The notes: generated by a model from the sequence alone, not told the origin. A stretch of DNA of 36,845 nt from a bacterium (GCA_043779265.1 JAYWEM010000129.1:1-36845), one strand, 5' to 3'. Numbered from the stretch's first letter, positions 17,838 through 27,271 are shown. Translations and numbers: made by a program.

Positions 17838-18833
17838 GTGAACGGATCGCCGCGCCACCTCATCGAGCTGATGCTCGTGGATCGTGCGTTCGTGCTGGAG
17901 CTGTTCCGAGAGGCCGATCGCCTGCGTGCGGCGCGCGGCACCGCCCGTGCGCCCAAGCCGCTGGCGGGCAAGACCGCGGCCATGGTGTTCCACAAGCCTT
18001 CGCTGCGGACGCGCGTCTCATTCACGGTCGGCATGCACGAGTTGGGCGGCGACGCCATCGATCTGGGCGCGACCGAGGTGAGCGAGCACGGCCGCGAGAC
18101 CGTGGCCGACGTGTCGCACGTGCTCTCGGGCATGTGCGACCTGATCGTCGTCCGCACGTTCTCGCACACACTGGTGCAGAAGCTCGGCCAGCACTGCAGT
18201 GTGCCCGTGATCAACGCGCTCACCGATCACTCGCATCCCTGCCAGATCCTCGCCGATCTCTACACGCTGTGGCGTATGGGCCGCGACCTCGACACGCTGA
18301 AGGTCGCGTGGGTCGGGGACGGCAACAACGTGCTGCACTCGTGGATGGAGGCGGCGACGCTGTTCGGGTTCTCGCTCAAGGTGGCGGTGCCCGATGGGTT
18401 CGAGCCCGACGGCGGGCTGTTCATCGAGGCCGAGGCCAAGTCCAAGGGCGGCATCCGCCGCACGCGCGATCCGCAAGAGGCCGTGCGTGGCGCCGACGTC
18501 GTTTACACCGACACGTGGACCAGCATGGGCCAGGAGGCCGAGGGCGACTGGCGGCGCGTCGCGTTCACCGGCTACACCGTGGACGACAAGCTCATGGCAC
18601 TCGCCGACCCCGATGCCTCGTTCATGCACTGCCTGCCCGCACACCGCGGCGAAGAGGTGACCGACGCCGTGATCGACGGCCCGCAGAGCATCGTGATCGA
18701 GGAGGCCGAGAACCGCCTGCACGTGCAGAAGGCGCTGATGGTGGCGCTGGTCGGGGCGGGAGACGGGCCGAAGCGGGCGAACCGGGGAAGGCGTTCGCCA
18801 GGCGAGGGCGCACCCGCGCTCGGAGTGGCGTAG
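17838..18833 (+). CDS. argF: Ornithine carbamoyltransferase
   Basis: AGGAG then GTG; KPSLRTR, HPCQ, GDGNN, DTWTSMG, HCLPAHRG, AENRLH. Confidence 0.93.
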   Translation: MNGSPRHLIELMLVDRAFVLELFREADRLRAARGTARAPKPLAGKTAAMVFHKPSLRTRVSFTVGMHELGGDAIDLGATEVSEHGRETVADVSHVLSGMCDLIVVRTFSHTLVQKLGQHCSVPVINALTDHSHPCQILADLYTLWRMGRDLDTLKVAWVGDGNNVLHSWMEAATLFGFSLKVAVPDGFEPDGGLFIEAEAKSKGGIRRTRDPQEAVRGADVVYTDTWTSMGQEAEGDWRRVAFTGYTVDDKLMALADPDASFMHCLPAHRGEEVTDAVIDGPQSIVIEEAENRLHVQKALMVALVGAGDGPKRANRGRRSPGEGAPALGVA

Positions 18834-18834
18834 C

Positions 18835-18886
18835 AATCGGTGCTCGTCGCGCAGTAGGGTTGCCGACGGCGTCGAGCACCCCGATT
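18835..18886. terminator. Long imperfect hairpin closing the arg operon
   Basis: aatcggtgctcg ... cgagcaccccgatt immediately after the argF stop. Confidence 0.4.
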
Positions 18887-18911
18887 CCGGCACTTCCCCT
18901 GGAGCCCTCCC

Positions 18912-19346
18912 ATGTACGAGCCCAAGACCAAACCGACCAAGGTGAGCCCCGCCACCTACATCGCGGCCATCGAGAAGGAAGAGCGCCGCAAGGATTGCAA
19001 GGCGCTGGTCTCGCTCATGAAGCGCGTCACGGGTAGCAGCCCCAAGATGTGGGGCCCGAGCATCGTCGGGTTCGGCGACTACCACTACCAGTACGAGAGC
19101 GGCCACGAGGGCGACTGCTGCATCGTCGGCTTCTCATCGGGCAAGGGCCACCTCACCGTCTATCTGCTCCCGAGCTTCGATACGCCCGAGACGCAGGCGC
19201 TGCTCGCGAAGCTCGGCAAGCACAAGCACGGCAAGTCCTGCCTGTACATCAACCGCCTCGCCGACGTGCAGCTCCCGATTCTCGAGAAGCTCGTCACGCG
19301 CTCGGTGGCCGGGACCAAGCGCCTGCAAGCCAAGACGAAGAAGTGA
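18912..19346 (+). CDS. DUF1801 (YdhG-like) protein
   Basis: PKMWGPSIVGFGDYHYQYESG...LGKHKHGKSCLYI pattern; GGAG RBS. Confidence 0.85.
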   Translation: MYEPKTKPTKVSPATYIAAIEKEERRKDCKALVSLMKRVTGSSPKMWGPSIVGFGDYHYQYESGHEGDCCIVGFSSGKGHLTVYLLPSFDTPETQALLAKLGKHKHGKSCLYINRLADVQLPILEKLVTRSVAGTKRLQAKTKK

Positions 19347-19355
19347 CGCAGCGCT

Positions 19356-19440
19356 GAACACCGGCACGTCCGGCAGTCGGCCCTTGACGATGACCCGGGG
19401 ACGGCTACCGTGGTCCACCGTGCCGAACGTGCCCGGGTTC
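19356..19440. repeat. 85-bp element with 20-bp inverted arms (17/20 match) enclosing a sigma70-like promoter
   Basis: gaacaccggcacgtccggca (19356-19375) versus tgccgaacgtgcccgggttc (19421-19440); internal TTGACG-N16-TACCGT. Confidence 0.55.
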
Positions 19441-19451
19441 CGGAGGTCGCG

Positions 19452-19667
19452 ATGGACGATGCCCCGGTTCACTTCTCGAGACGCAAGCCCCGCCGCTGCC
19501 CCGCGTTCGGCGAGGCGCAAGTCGTGCCCATTCGATATGGCTTCCCGACGCAGGAGTCCTTCAGTGACGAGACCGCGGGGACTGTCGTCCTCGGCGGTTG
19601 TGTGGTCACCAACCATGATCCCGCCTGGCAGTGCACGGCCTGCACGACACCGATCCACCGTGGATGA
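19452..19667 (+). CDS. Small zinc-ribbon-like hypothetical protein
   Basis: GGAGG RBS; CPAF...IRYGFP...VLGGC...WQCTAC. The first CxxC appears degenerate. Confidence 0.6.
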   Translation: MDDAPVHFSRRKPRRCPAFGEAQVVPIRYGFPTQESFSDETAGTVVLGGCVVTNHDPAWQCTACTTPIHRG

Positions 19668-19778
19668 GTAGAACGGAGGCCACCGGACCATGCTCTGGAG
19701 CTCGCTGGCTCGGGACTTCGCGTATTGACAAGCGCACTCGACGATTCCCCACCCCACTCACACGGGACCTTCGAACTC

Positions 19779-20276
19779 ATGCCGCTCCCCATCGACCCTC
19801 TCGCTCCCAGGGACTTCGACTTCATCCTCGGCGATTGGAAGGTCCGTCATCGTCGCCTGAACTCCCGTTTCTCGGATTGCGATGAGTGGACGGAGTTCGA
19901 CGGGGAGTCGTCGACCACCAGGACCCTCGGAGGGTTCGGCAATCTGGAGGACAACCTCCTGCACTTGCCCGGAGGATCGTTCCGCGCGATCGCCCTGCGT
20001 TCGTACTCCACGGCGACACGGTGCTGGTCGATCTGGTGGCTCGACGGCCGCGACCCTACGCGCCTCGACGCGCCCGCGGTCGGCAGCTTCTCCGACCACA
20101 TCGGTCTGTTCTTCGCCGACGACGTGCTCGACGGGCACCCGACCAAGGTCCGCTTCACCTGGACTTCGACCCCAGGGCGGAATCCTCGTTGGGAGCAAGC
20201 TTTCTCCCGTGACGAGGGAGCCAACTGGGAGACCAATTGGAGAATGGAGTTCATCCCGGCCGGCCGCGGCGCCTGA
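19779..20276 (+). CDS. DUF1579-like hypothetical protein
   Basis: DFDFILGDWKVRHRRL...WSIWWLD...RWEQAFS...WETNW pattern. Confidence 0.75.
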   Translation: MPLPIDPLAPRDFDFILGDWKVRHRRLNSRFSDCDEWTEFDGESSTTRTLGGFGNLEDNLLHLPGGSFRAIALRSYSTATRCWSIWWLDGRDPTRLDAPAVGSFSDHIGLFFADDVLDGHPTKVRFTWTSTPGRNPRWEQAFSRDEGANWETNWRMEFIPAGRGA

Positions 20277-20314
20277 GCTCACGTCCGAACCGGACCTATC
20301 CCAAGGAGGCATTC

Positions 20315-20740
20315 ATGAAGGCCGCCGCTCCCAAGTGGTTCCTGCCCGTCGCGATCGTCGCCCTGTTGTGGAACCTGCTCGGCTGCATGGCGTATCTGAG
20401 CGACGTGATGCTGAAGCCCGAGGACATCGCCAAGCTGACGCCCACCCAGCAAGCGCTGTATGCCGCTCGCCCCGCGTGGTCGGTGGCCGCCACGGCGATC
20501 GCGGTATGGGCGGGCGCGGCTGGTTGTCTCGCGTTGATCCTGCGCAGGCGCTGGGCGAAGCCGCTGCTGCTGGCCTCGCTCGTGGGTGTGATCGGGCAGG
20601 ACATCGCATTGTTCGCCCTCAGCAGCGCGCGTGCCCAGATCGGAATGACCGCGATCGTCCTGCAGGGACTCGTGCTGGTGGTCGCGATCGCGCTCGTGCT
20701 CTTGGCGCGCAAGGCGAACGCCCGAGGTTGGACGAGATGA
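20315..20740 (+). CDS. Conserved 4-TM membrane protein
   Basis: AGGAGG RBS; PKWF...ALLWNLLG...PAW pattern with four hydrophobic segments. Confidence 0.75.
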   Translation: MKAAAPKWFLPVAIVALLWNLLGCMAYLSDVMLKPEDIAKLTPTQQALYAARPAWSVAATAIAVWAGAAGCLALILRRRWAKPLLLASLVGVIGQDIALFALSSARAQIGMTAIVLQGLVLVVAIALVLLARKANARGWTR

Positions 20741-21249
20741 GCCCCCGGAACGCATCTCACCCCTCTGAAACGAGGTCCCCAGTGAGTCCGACCGCCCGCG
20801 CCTACGTGTTCAAGCCCAATGAGAGCGAGCTTCGCTGGATGGGAGACACGTCGGCCTTCTTCCTCGCCACCGGCGAACTCACCGGCGGCGCTTTCGGACT
20901 CGTCGATGAGCGCGCGAAGCGCGGCGTCGGGGCGCCGCTCCATCGGCACGATGAGGACGTGGAATCCTTCTATGTCCTCGAGGGCGAGGTGACGTTCTTC
21001 CTCGGCGACGCGCCCGGCCAGCAGGTGTCCGCGGGCGGATTCGCGCACATCCCGAAGGGCACGGTCCATGGATTCCGGATCGACTCCGAGACGGCGCGCT
21101 ACCTGATCCTCACGACGCCGCGGCACGCCGAGTTTTACCGGGCGATCACGGGCACCGAAGTGCGCGCCGCGATCGGCAAGGCGACGATCGACCAAGCCTG
21201 CCGCGACTACGGCATCACGTTCGTCGGCCCGCTGCCGGAACAGGCGTAG
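20737..21249 (+). CDS. Cupin-domain protein (quercetinase-like)
   Basis: PLHRH...ESFYVLEGE and IPKGTVHGF motifs; ATGA overlap with the previous gene (GTG 20782 is an alternative start). Confidence 0.85.
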   Translation: MSPRNASHPSETRSPVSPTARAYVFKPNESELRWMGDTSAFFLATGELTGGAFGLVDERAKRGVGAPLHRHDEDVESFYVLEGEVTFFLGDAPGQQVSAGGFAHIPKGTVHGFRIDSETARYLILTTPRHAEFYRAITGTEVRAAIGKATIDQACRDYGITFVGPLPEQA

Positions 21250-21256
21250 GCGCCGC

Positions 21257-21547
21257 ATGCTCTCGCCGCTCGATGTTCGCATCCTCCCGCAGCGCGCCGA
21301 GCATGCGGATGAGATGTTCACGCTGCTCCAAGACCCCGCGCTCTATGAGCACGAGGGCGAGCCACCCGCATCGCTCGAGTGGTTGCGCGAGCGATTCGCG
21401 CGACTCGAGTCCGGCCACTCGGCGGACGGCAGCGAGCAGTGGCTCAACTGGGTAGCGCAGTTATCGAGCGGCGAGCTGATCGGCTACGTGTGGGAGTACC
21501 TCGCGAAGGAGGGGCGCGGCCCCAGCCAGCCCGGAGCAGCGAGCTGA
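21257..21547 (+). pseudogene. 3'-truncated RimJ/RimL-type GNAT acetyltransferase (copy 1)
   Basis: Matches the 28739 copy up to GYV, then an unrelated tail (WEYLAKEG...); lacks the acetyl-CoA-binding WGRG motif. Confidence 0.7.
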
Positions 21548-21572
21548 CTGCACCGACATCTTGGAGCAGCGC

Positions 21573-22490
21573 TCAGTCGTGCACCGTCTGCGGCGAAGAC
21601 ACGCGCTGGGCTCCGTATTTCACGATCGCCTGGTACTCCGACTCCACCGTCACGTAGCTCAGGAATGAAGTGAGCGTGAGAAGAATACCGAGAGCGCCGA
21701 TGACGAGATTTGGGAAGAGCAAGTCCCTGCCCACGACTTGGACGGTCGGCTCGATCTCGGTTCCAGAAGCCCTGCCGTCATAGGCCCGAGGATCCACGAA
21801 CCTGCTGAAGAAGTATCGACTCGCGAGTGACCACGGGTTCCAGCCCACGATGAAGACGATGATGAGCCCCGCGAGGGCCTTCAGCGTGGCGATCCCCACC
21901 ACCAGTGCTCCGCCGACCACCGCGCCTCGAATGATCCGCAAGAACTTGCGGAGCGTTGGGAGAATCGAGGAGTGCGCCTCAAGGCGGGCGTTTCTCCAGG
22001 CTGCGTCATGCTCGATGTAGCGCTCGCGTATCGGCCAACTGTACTTCCTGCGAGTGCTGACCAACTCGATGGTTCCCCGAGCACCGAGCGCCGCGAAACT
22101 GCTCTCCGCATCCGCTCCCCGCTCAACCGCGAGGATGATCTTGTCCTGGCATGGCCGGAGCACCCAGTAGTTGAACGCGTTGCTGACCACGCCCCACGCA
22201 TACAAGGACGCGATGAACACCACGAGGATGACTGGGCGAAGTTGTTCTCTGAGTTTCTTTTTCTTGAATGCTTGGATCCAGAGGGCCCTTGCATATCGGA
22301 CGACGACGGATGAGACCGGATGGAAGAACGAAACCAAGTACCAACTCAAGGCGCAGGCGGCCGCACCTTGGAGGAGCAGTTCAATGACACCAACGATCGC
22401 GTCGACAAGGCCGCTCATGGTGAGCTGAGGGTCCCTCATGCGGCCTGTCATCGCCAATCGTATTTTCGTCAGCGGTGGTCTCGACTGCAA
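21573..22490 (-). CDS. Hypothetical multi-pass membrane protein (start probably a downstream ATG such as 22451 or 22439)
   Basis: Long ORF with several hydrophobic segments; visibly more A/T-rich than core genes. Confidence 0.55.
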   Translation of the reverse strand: MQSRPPLTKIRLAMTGRMRDPQLTMSGLVDAIVGVIELLLQGAAACALSWYLVSFFHPVSSVVVRYARALWIQAFKKKKLREQLRPVILVVFIASLYAWGVVSNAFNYWVLRPCQDKIILAVERGADAESSFAALGARGTIELVSTRRKYSWPIRERYIEHDAAWRNARLEAHSSILPTLRKFLRIIRGAVVGGALVVGIATLKALAGLIIVFIVGWNPWSLASRYFFSRFVDPRAYDGRASGTEIEPTVQVVGRDLLFPNLVIGALGILLTLTSFLSYVTVESEYQAIVKYGAQRVSSPQTVHD

Positions 22491-22552
22491 TCGACACTGG
22501 TACTAATCGATAGTCAGTGCCGACGAACAGCTACGACCGGCACAGCACGCAC

Positions 22553-23773
22553 CTACCTCGGCACGTCCGCGAACTCCTTCCGGAACAGCTCACGCACCCG
22601 CCCGCTGCCGACGAGGTTGGACAGCAGCCGGTAGGAGTTGCGCTCCCTGCGGACCCTGCCCGCGACGATGGCGGGGTGGATCCCGAGCCCGCTGGCCAAG
22701 TCGCGCACGTAGCCGGGACTCGGTGTGTCGCGAAGCGGGCTGTCAGCCCATGCGGCAGGCGGGATGAGCGCGTCACGCGCGAAGTCGTCGGCCGCCAGCT
22801 CTCGGGGGTCGCGGCTCCCGCTCGCCTCGAGGTCGTCGTAGAACCCGGTGGTCGGCTCGGCGAAGTCCCGCAACAGGTGCCCGAGCTCGTGGAACAGCGT
22901 GAACCAGAAGTTGTCGATCCGGTCGTGACGGAGCGTGAGCGCCACCACCGGCCGGTCGGGCGTCATGAAGAACACGGCCCCATCCAGCCGAGTCCGCGGC
23001 AGGTGCTCGACCACGACGAGCGTGATGCCGTACTGGGACAGGTACTCCATGGCCTTGAGCGGGCCGTCGTCGAGCGCACTCAGGTGGGCGATGCCGCTCA
23101 GGACCTCGGCAGTGAGGCAGCCGGGCCGGTAGCGGCCGCGCGGCGTCACACCCCGGGCCACTTCCATCACCCGGGCCGTCCACGCCATGAGCGCATGCCG
23201 ATCGTTGGGGCGGTCGGCCCGCTCGTGCTCGGTCTTGCGGGTGAGCACCTGGACGGGGCCCACCGCGCCGGCCAGAGGCCCGAGATAGGCTTCGAGTGCT
23301 TGCATCACCTCGGCCTCGGTCACGCCGGAGCGCAGCTTCAGCCAACCGCGGCGCTTCATCTCCTTGACGGGGAAGCGTGCGAGTTCGGCTTCGCTCCCAT
23401 CGGCCGTGGCTCGTTCCTCGCCGCGCAGGAGCACGGTGGCGGGAATGCCGAGGCTGGTGTGCAGCGCCTTGAGCATGCCCAGGCTGAGCGGGCGCTTGCG
23501 CGAGAGGACCTCGGAGACGCGCGCACGACTGCCGATGATCGGCTCCAGGTCGCGCGGTGTGAGGCCCATCTGGTCCATGCGGAATTGCACCGCCTCGATC
23601 GGATCCGGCACGGTGACCGGGAATCGAGTGCGCTCGTAGTCCTTGACGAGTACCGTGAGCACCTCGAGCCGGTCGGCATCGGGCGTGCCGGATTCGGGGT
23701 CGAGCGCGATCAGGCGATCGATCGTGGCGAGGGCGCTGGCGTAGTCGGCCTCGGTCCTGACGATCTTGTGCAC
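22553..23773 (-). CDS. higA: HigA-family antitoxin (HTH) fused to an ImmA/IrrE-type metallopeptidase domain
   Basis: GGAGGAG then GTG; PDPIEAVQFRMDQMGL...SRARVSEVLSRKRPLSL HTH; LRHDRIDNFWFTLFHELGH (HExxH). Confidence 0.88.
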   Translation of the reverse strand: MHKIVRTEADYASALATIDRLIALDPESGTPDADRLEVLTVLVKDYERTRFPVTVPDPIEAVQFRMDQMGLTPRDLEPIIGSRARVSEVLSRKRPLSLGMLKALHTSLGIPATVLLRGEERATADGSEAELARFPVKEMKRRGWLKLRSGVTEAEVMQALEAYLGPLAGAVGPVQVLTRKTEHERADRPNDRHALMAWTARVMEVARGVTPRGRYRPGCLTAEVLSGIAHLSALDDGPLKAMEYLSQYGITLVVVEHLPRTRLDGAVFFMTPDRPVVALTLRHDRIDNFWFTLFHELGHLLRDFAEPTTGFYDDLEASGSRDPRELAADDFARDALIPPAAWADSPLRDTPSPGYVRDLASGLGIHPAIVAGRVRRERNSYRLLSNLVGSGRVRELFRKEFADVPR

Positions 23774-23789
23774 GGTTCTCTCCTCCACT

Positions 23790-24074
23790 CTAGAGTTCCC
23801 ACCGATCGTACTCGGCGTGGGTCCCCGCCTTGAGCACGATCACCTTGCCGGTGTTATAGGCGACGCGAACGAGCAGTCGATAGGTGTTGCCTTTGAGGTT
23901 GAACACCACACGCTGGTCACTCAGCACGCTGGCCGACGGGTACCGCTCGGTGATCGCATGTGGCGTGTCCCAACTCGCCGACTCGACCTCGTGCATCCAG
24001 GCGTCGACGTGGCCCCGGACATCCGCATGCCTCTGTTTGAACTTCTCGAGGACTCCTAGCCCGACTACGTCCAT
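23790..24074 (-). CDS. higB: HigB-family mRNA interferase toxin
   Basis: YPSAS...RVVFNLKGNTYRL...GTHAEYD, directly upstream of higA. Confidence 0.92.
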   Translation of the reverse strand: MDVVGLGVLEKFKQRHADVRGHVDAWMHEVESASWDTPHAITERYPSASVLSDQRVVFNLKGNTYRLLVRVAYNTGKVIVLKAGTHAEYDRWEL

Positions 24075-24366
24075 GTATGCGCCTCAGGCTCCGGCCGGTC
24101 GCTTCGATGCTCCCGCGTGGTGGCCATTACCGATGCTCCCACCACGGGAGCATCATCGACCATTCGGACCGTGAAACCTAGTCAGGTTCTTGTCAGGGCA
24201 CCGGGCCGGCGCCTATGCACAGGGGCTCAGGGCCTACCGCAGCGCCCGGCCCCGCCGATCCCCCATTCCCTTCGCCCCCGGTTCGGACTACGTTTCACAA
24301 TCGCGACAACCCTGCGCTTAACCGTGACCCCGACGGCCGATCAGTCGCTCTCCCCGGAGCCCGCCC

Positions 24367-25266
24367 CTTCCCCCGCGCAAGAAGAAGTCCACCGACAACG
24401 ACACGTCCGCCAACATCGGCTACGAGCAGAAGCTCTGGCAGATGGCCGATGCCCTGCGCGGCAGCATGGATGCCGCCGAGTACAAGCACGTCGTTCTGGG
24501 CCTGATCTTCCTCAAGTACATCTCCGACGCATTCGAGGAACAACACGCCAAGCTCGTGGCCGACAAGAAGGCTGGCGCCGACCCCGAGGATCCCGACGAG
24601 TACCGCGCACTGAGCATCTTCTGGGTGCCGCCCGAGGCGCGCTGGGCGCACCTCAAGGCGCAGGCCCGGCAGCCCACGATCGGGCAGTTGGTGGACGCCG
24701 CCATGGTCGGCATCGAGCGCGACAACCCCGCGCTCAAGGACGTGCTGCCCAAGGACTACGCGCGGCCCGCGCTCGACAAGGAGCGCCTGGGGCAGATCGT
24801 GGACCTGATCAGCAACATCCAGGTGGGCGACGAGGCGAGCCGCGCCAAGGACACACTGGGCCGCGTGTACGAGTACTTCCTCTCGCAGTTCGCCAGTGCC
24901 GAGGGCAAGAAGAGCGGCGACTTCTACACGCCGCGCTGCGTGGTGAAGCTGCTGGTCGAGATGCTCGAACCCTATCGCGGCCGCGTGTACGACCCGTGCT
25001 GCGGTTCGTCGGGCATGTTCGTGCAGTCGGTGGAGTTCATCCGTGCGCACGCCACGGGCAACGGCAATGGCGGAAGCGCCAAGCCCGACATCTCGATCTT
25101 CGGCCAGGAGTCCACCTACACGACCTGGCAGCTGGCCAAGATGAACTTGGCCATTCGCGGCATCGACGGCCAGATCGCCCAAGGCGACACGTTCCACAAC
25201 GACCGCCACCCCGACCTGAAGGCCAACTTCATCCTGGCCAACCCGCCGTTCAACATCTCGGACTGG
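24367..25266 (+). pseudogene. hsdM: Type I R-M methyltransferase subunit, truncated after NPPF; native start codon apparently missing
   Basis: [52 protein letters not shown]; similarity ends at ISDW. The codon 7 nt after GGAG is CTT, with no in-frame start before internal ATG 24442. Confidence 0.85.
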
Positions 25267-25322
25267 CCACGCAGGTCGTTCTTGAGCAGGCGGAGGTGCT
25301 GTCGGCGGGGTGGGTGAGCTGA
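25266..25322 (+). pseudogene. hsdR: 3'-terminal remnant of a type I restriction subunit
   Basis: Reads [18 protein letters not shown] in a different frame, matching my recollection of the HsdR C-terminus (...ATQTVLEQAELLS..W). Confidence 0.7.
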
Positions 25323-25357
25323 ACCGGCGGCTGACGCCGCAGAACTCGGAGGGCGTG

Positions 25358-25855
25358 ATGAGCTCGGAGAGTGCACGCAACAGACTTTCGGAAGTACACG
25401 AGTTGGCGAGAACCACTACTCTCTACGGCACGCCGATCCTGCTCGCCGTGCTGTCCACGTTCTTGCTTGCTTTTGCCGTCGCTTCTGGCAACCAAGCGTG
25501 GGTTCGGAGTCTCGCTGCGCTGATGCTGCCGATCATCTTCGGCAGCTACCTGTTCGCGTTCAAGCGGAATGCCCTGCTGTTCATCGCCCAGATGCAGCCC
25601 GGCGTCGGCTTCATCGTCGGTCTGGCGATGGGCTCGATTGTGCTCGCGGTTCTCGGGTTCCTCGGCGCAACCGCGAAGGTCCCAATCCCCGAATTGCTGA
25701 CTTCAGGTTGCTTCTCGGTCCTCGTGTTCTCAGCCGCTTCCAAGCGCGATGATAGCGGCATCGCACTGTTCTACGGCGTCATCTGCGGCGCACTGGCCTA
25801 CGTCACGTTCTTCGGCTGGCCGCTCGTCGTGGCGAGCGCGCCGGTGACAGGCTGA
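25358..25855 (+). CDS. Hypothetical membrane protein (about 5 TM)
   Basis: GGAGGG RBS; strongly hydrophobic ORF. Confidence 0.65.
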   Translation: MSSESARNRLSEVHELARTTTLYGTPILLAVLSTFLLAFAVASGNQAWVRSLAALMLPIIFGSYLFAFKRNALLFIAQMQPGVGFIVGLAMGSIVLAVLGFLGATAKVPIPELLTSGCFSVLVFSAASKRDDSGIALFYGVICGALAYVTFFGWPLVVASAPVTG

Positions 25856-26383
25856 CCCCGTGAATCCCCACCACCAAGGCCGCACGTGCACGCTCGAGTC
25901 GCGGCGCCACGTGGCTGCGACGAGCGCCCGCATCCTCGTCAAGCTGCATGGGCACCCCCGGGACCGGGGTGAGGCTGCAGGCCCCCAGTCGCACGGCCAG
26001 GACGACTTGAACAAGATGTGGCCCTCGAACGACCAATTTGCATTCGCTCGTGCCCGCGCCGGCTGGTCCGCGGCACGCTCGCTCCCTTGCCGACTCCGAT
26101 TCCGATGGCATGCAACCGCAGGCCAATCCCTTGACAGGCTTGGCATTGAGCCACAGTCTTGTTTCAGGACGACTGGGTCCGGGGAGCCTCAGCAGGCCCC
26201 GGATAGGTCCGGCATCCCGTCCGGGAATGAGCAGGCTGCGTTGGCGCGGAACTCGCACCTAGCCTTAGACTCTGTACCCCGCGGAGCGGTACGGCGATCG
26301 ACTCAAGGCAAGGCCTTGACGGATTCATTCAGAATGTCGATGCCGTTCGTTCTCGCTCGATTCCCCCGACGGAGGAAGTCGAC

Positions 26384-27271
26384 ATGAGCGGAGCTCGCAC
26401 AAGTCCCCGCGCATTCGGACCAGCCTTGGGTCGAAATCGCAGACTCACAAGGATGGTGCTGGCGACGAACATCTTGATCACCACCTTGTTCTCGTGTTCG
26501 GCCCTCGCGCCGAGTTCTTCGTTTGCTCACGATGAGCCTGTCCGCAAGAGATCTTTGCGAAAGGCAATTGAGCCCGCGGACACGAGACCATCCGTCGAGA
26601 ATGTCTGGTCGCAGAACTTCGTCTTGTCGAGGTCGGACCGCCCTGAAGTGTTCAAGCTGCGCAATGGACAAGAGTTGGTGATTGACTTCAGGACGGCGGC
26701 GCGTACCGACACGCTCTTCGGCGGCAACATTCTTGAAGTCAGGCCGTTAGGCCAGGGCGCCGGGGTCTCGGTGGAAGTGAAGTCCTCGGACGTCGTCTCA
26801 GTTGAGTACAAGATCCTGGGCAATAGCCGCGACGCATTGGCAGATGTTTGTTTCCTAGTGACGTCGACATCTGAGCGACTCCGAGATCCGCTGGACCTAG
26901 CTCACATTCTCAATCTTGGAGAAGATTCGGAAGGCGGATTGCCTGTCTGCATCCGGCCCGAATTCGAGGGAGCCTCAATGCTGGTCCATGTCCCTCGTGC
27001 GCTCGGTCCGAAGGTCAAGCTCTACGCTGTCCGTCGCCCGGACATGGATCATCCCGCTTCGGACGAAGTGGGAGCCAATGGCCTAGATGGCTCGCTGAAC
27101 AGCAGCAGACTTGCCTCCTCATCCAGTCCGTGTACGCCATTGGATGAAATCCTCGCAATAGAGCTCATTCACCTTGACATGCTCACACGCACAACACTAT
27201 CTCTAAAGCATGAGTGTCGAGCAGAGGGTGCTGTGTTCGGGGCATTGATGACGGGGCCCCCGAAACACTGA
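26384..27271 (+). CDS. Hypothetical exported protein
   Basis: GGAGG RBS; N-terminal hydrophobic segment ending SFA; atypical codon usage. Confidence 0.55.
   Translation: MSGARTSPRAFGPALGRNRRLTRMVLATNILITTLFSCSALAPSSSFAHDEPVRKRSLRKAIEPADTRPSVENVWSQNFVLSRSDRPEVFKLRNGQELVIDFRTAARTDTLFGGNILEVRPLGQGAGVSVEVKSSDVVSVEYKILGNSRDALADVCFLVTSTSERLRDPLDLAHILNLGEDSEGGLPVCIRPEFEGASMLVHVPRALGPKVKLYAVRRPDMDHPASDEVGANGLDGSLNSSRLASSSSPCTPLDEILAIELIHLDMLTRTTLSLKHECRAEGAVFGALMTGPPKH

Noticed and set aside
17838..18833. Calling ArgF an N-acetylornithine transcarbamylase
   Set aside because: SMG and HCLPAHR motifs are OTC-type; SLRT alone is insufficient.
24117..25322. 401-aa ORF overlapping hsdM
   Set aside because: Out-of-frame overlap; only the last 18 codons look meaningful (hsdR remnant).
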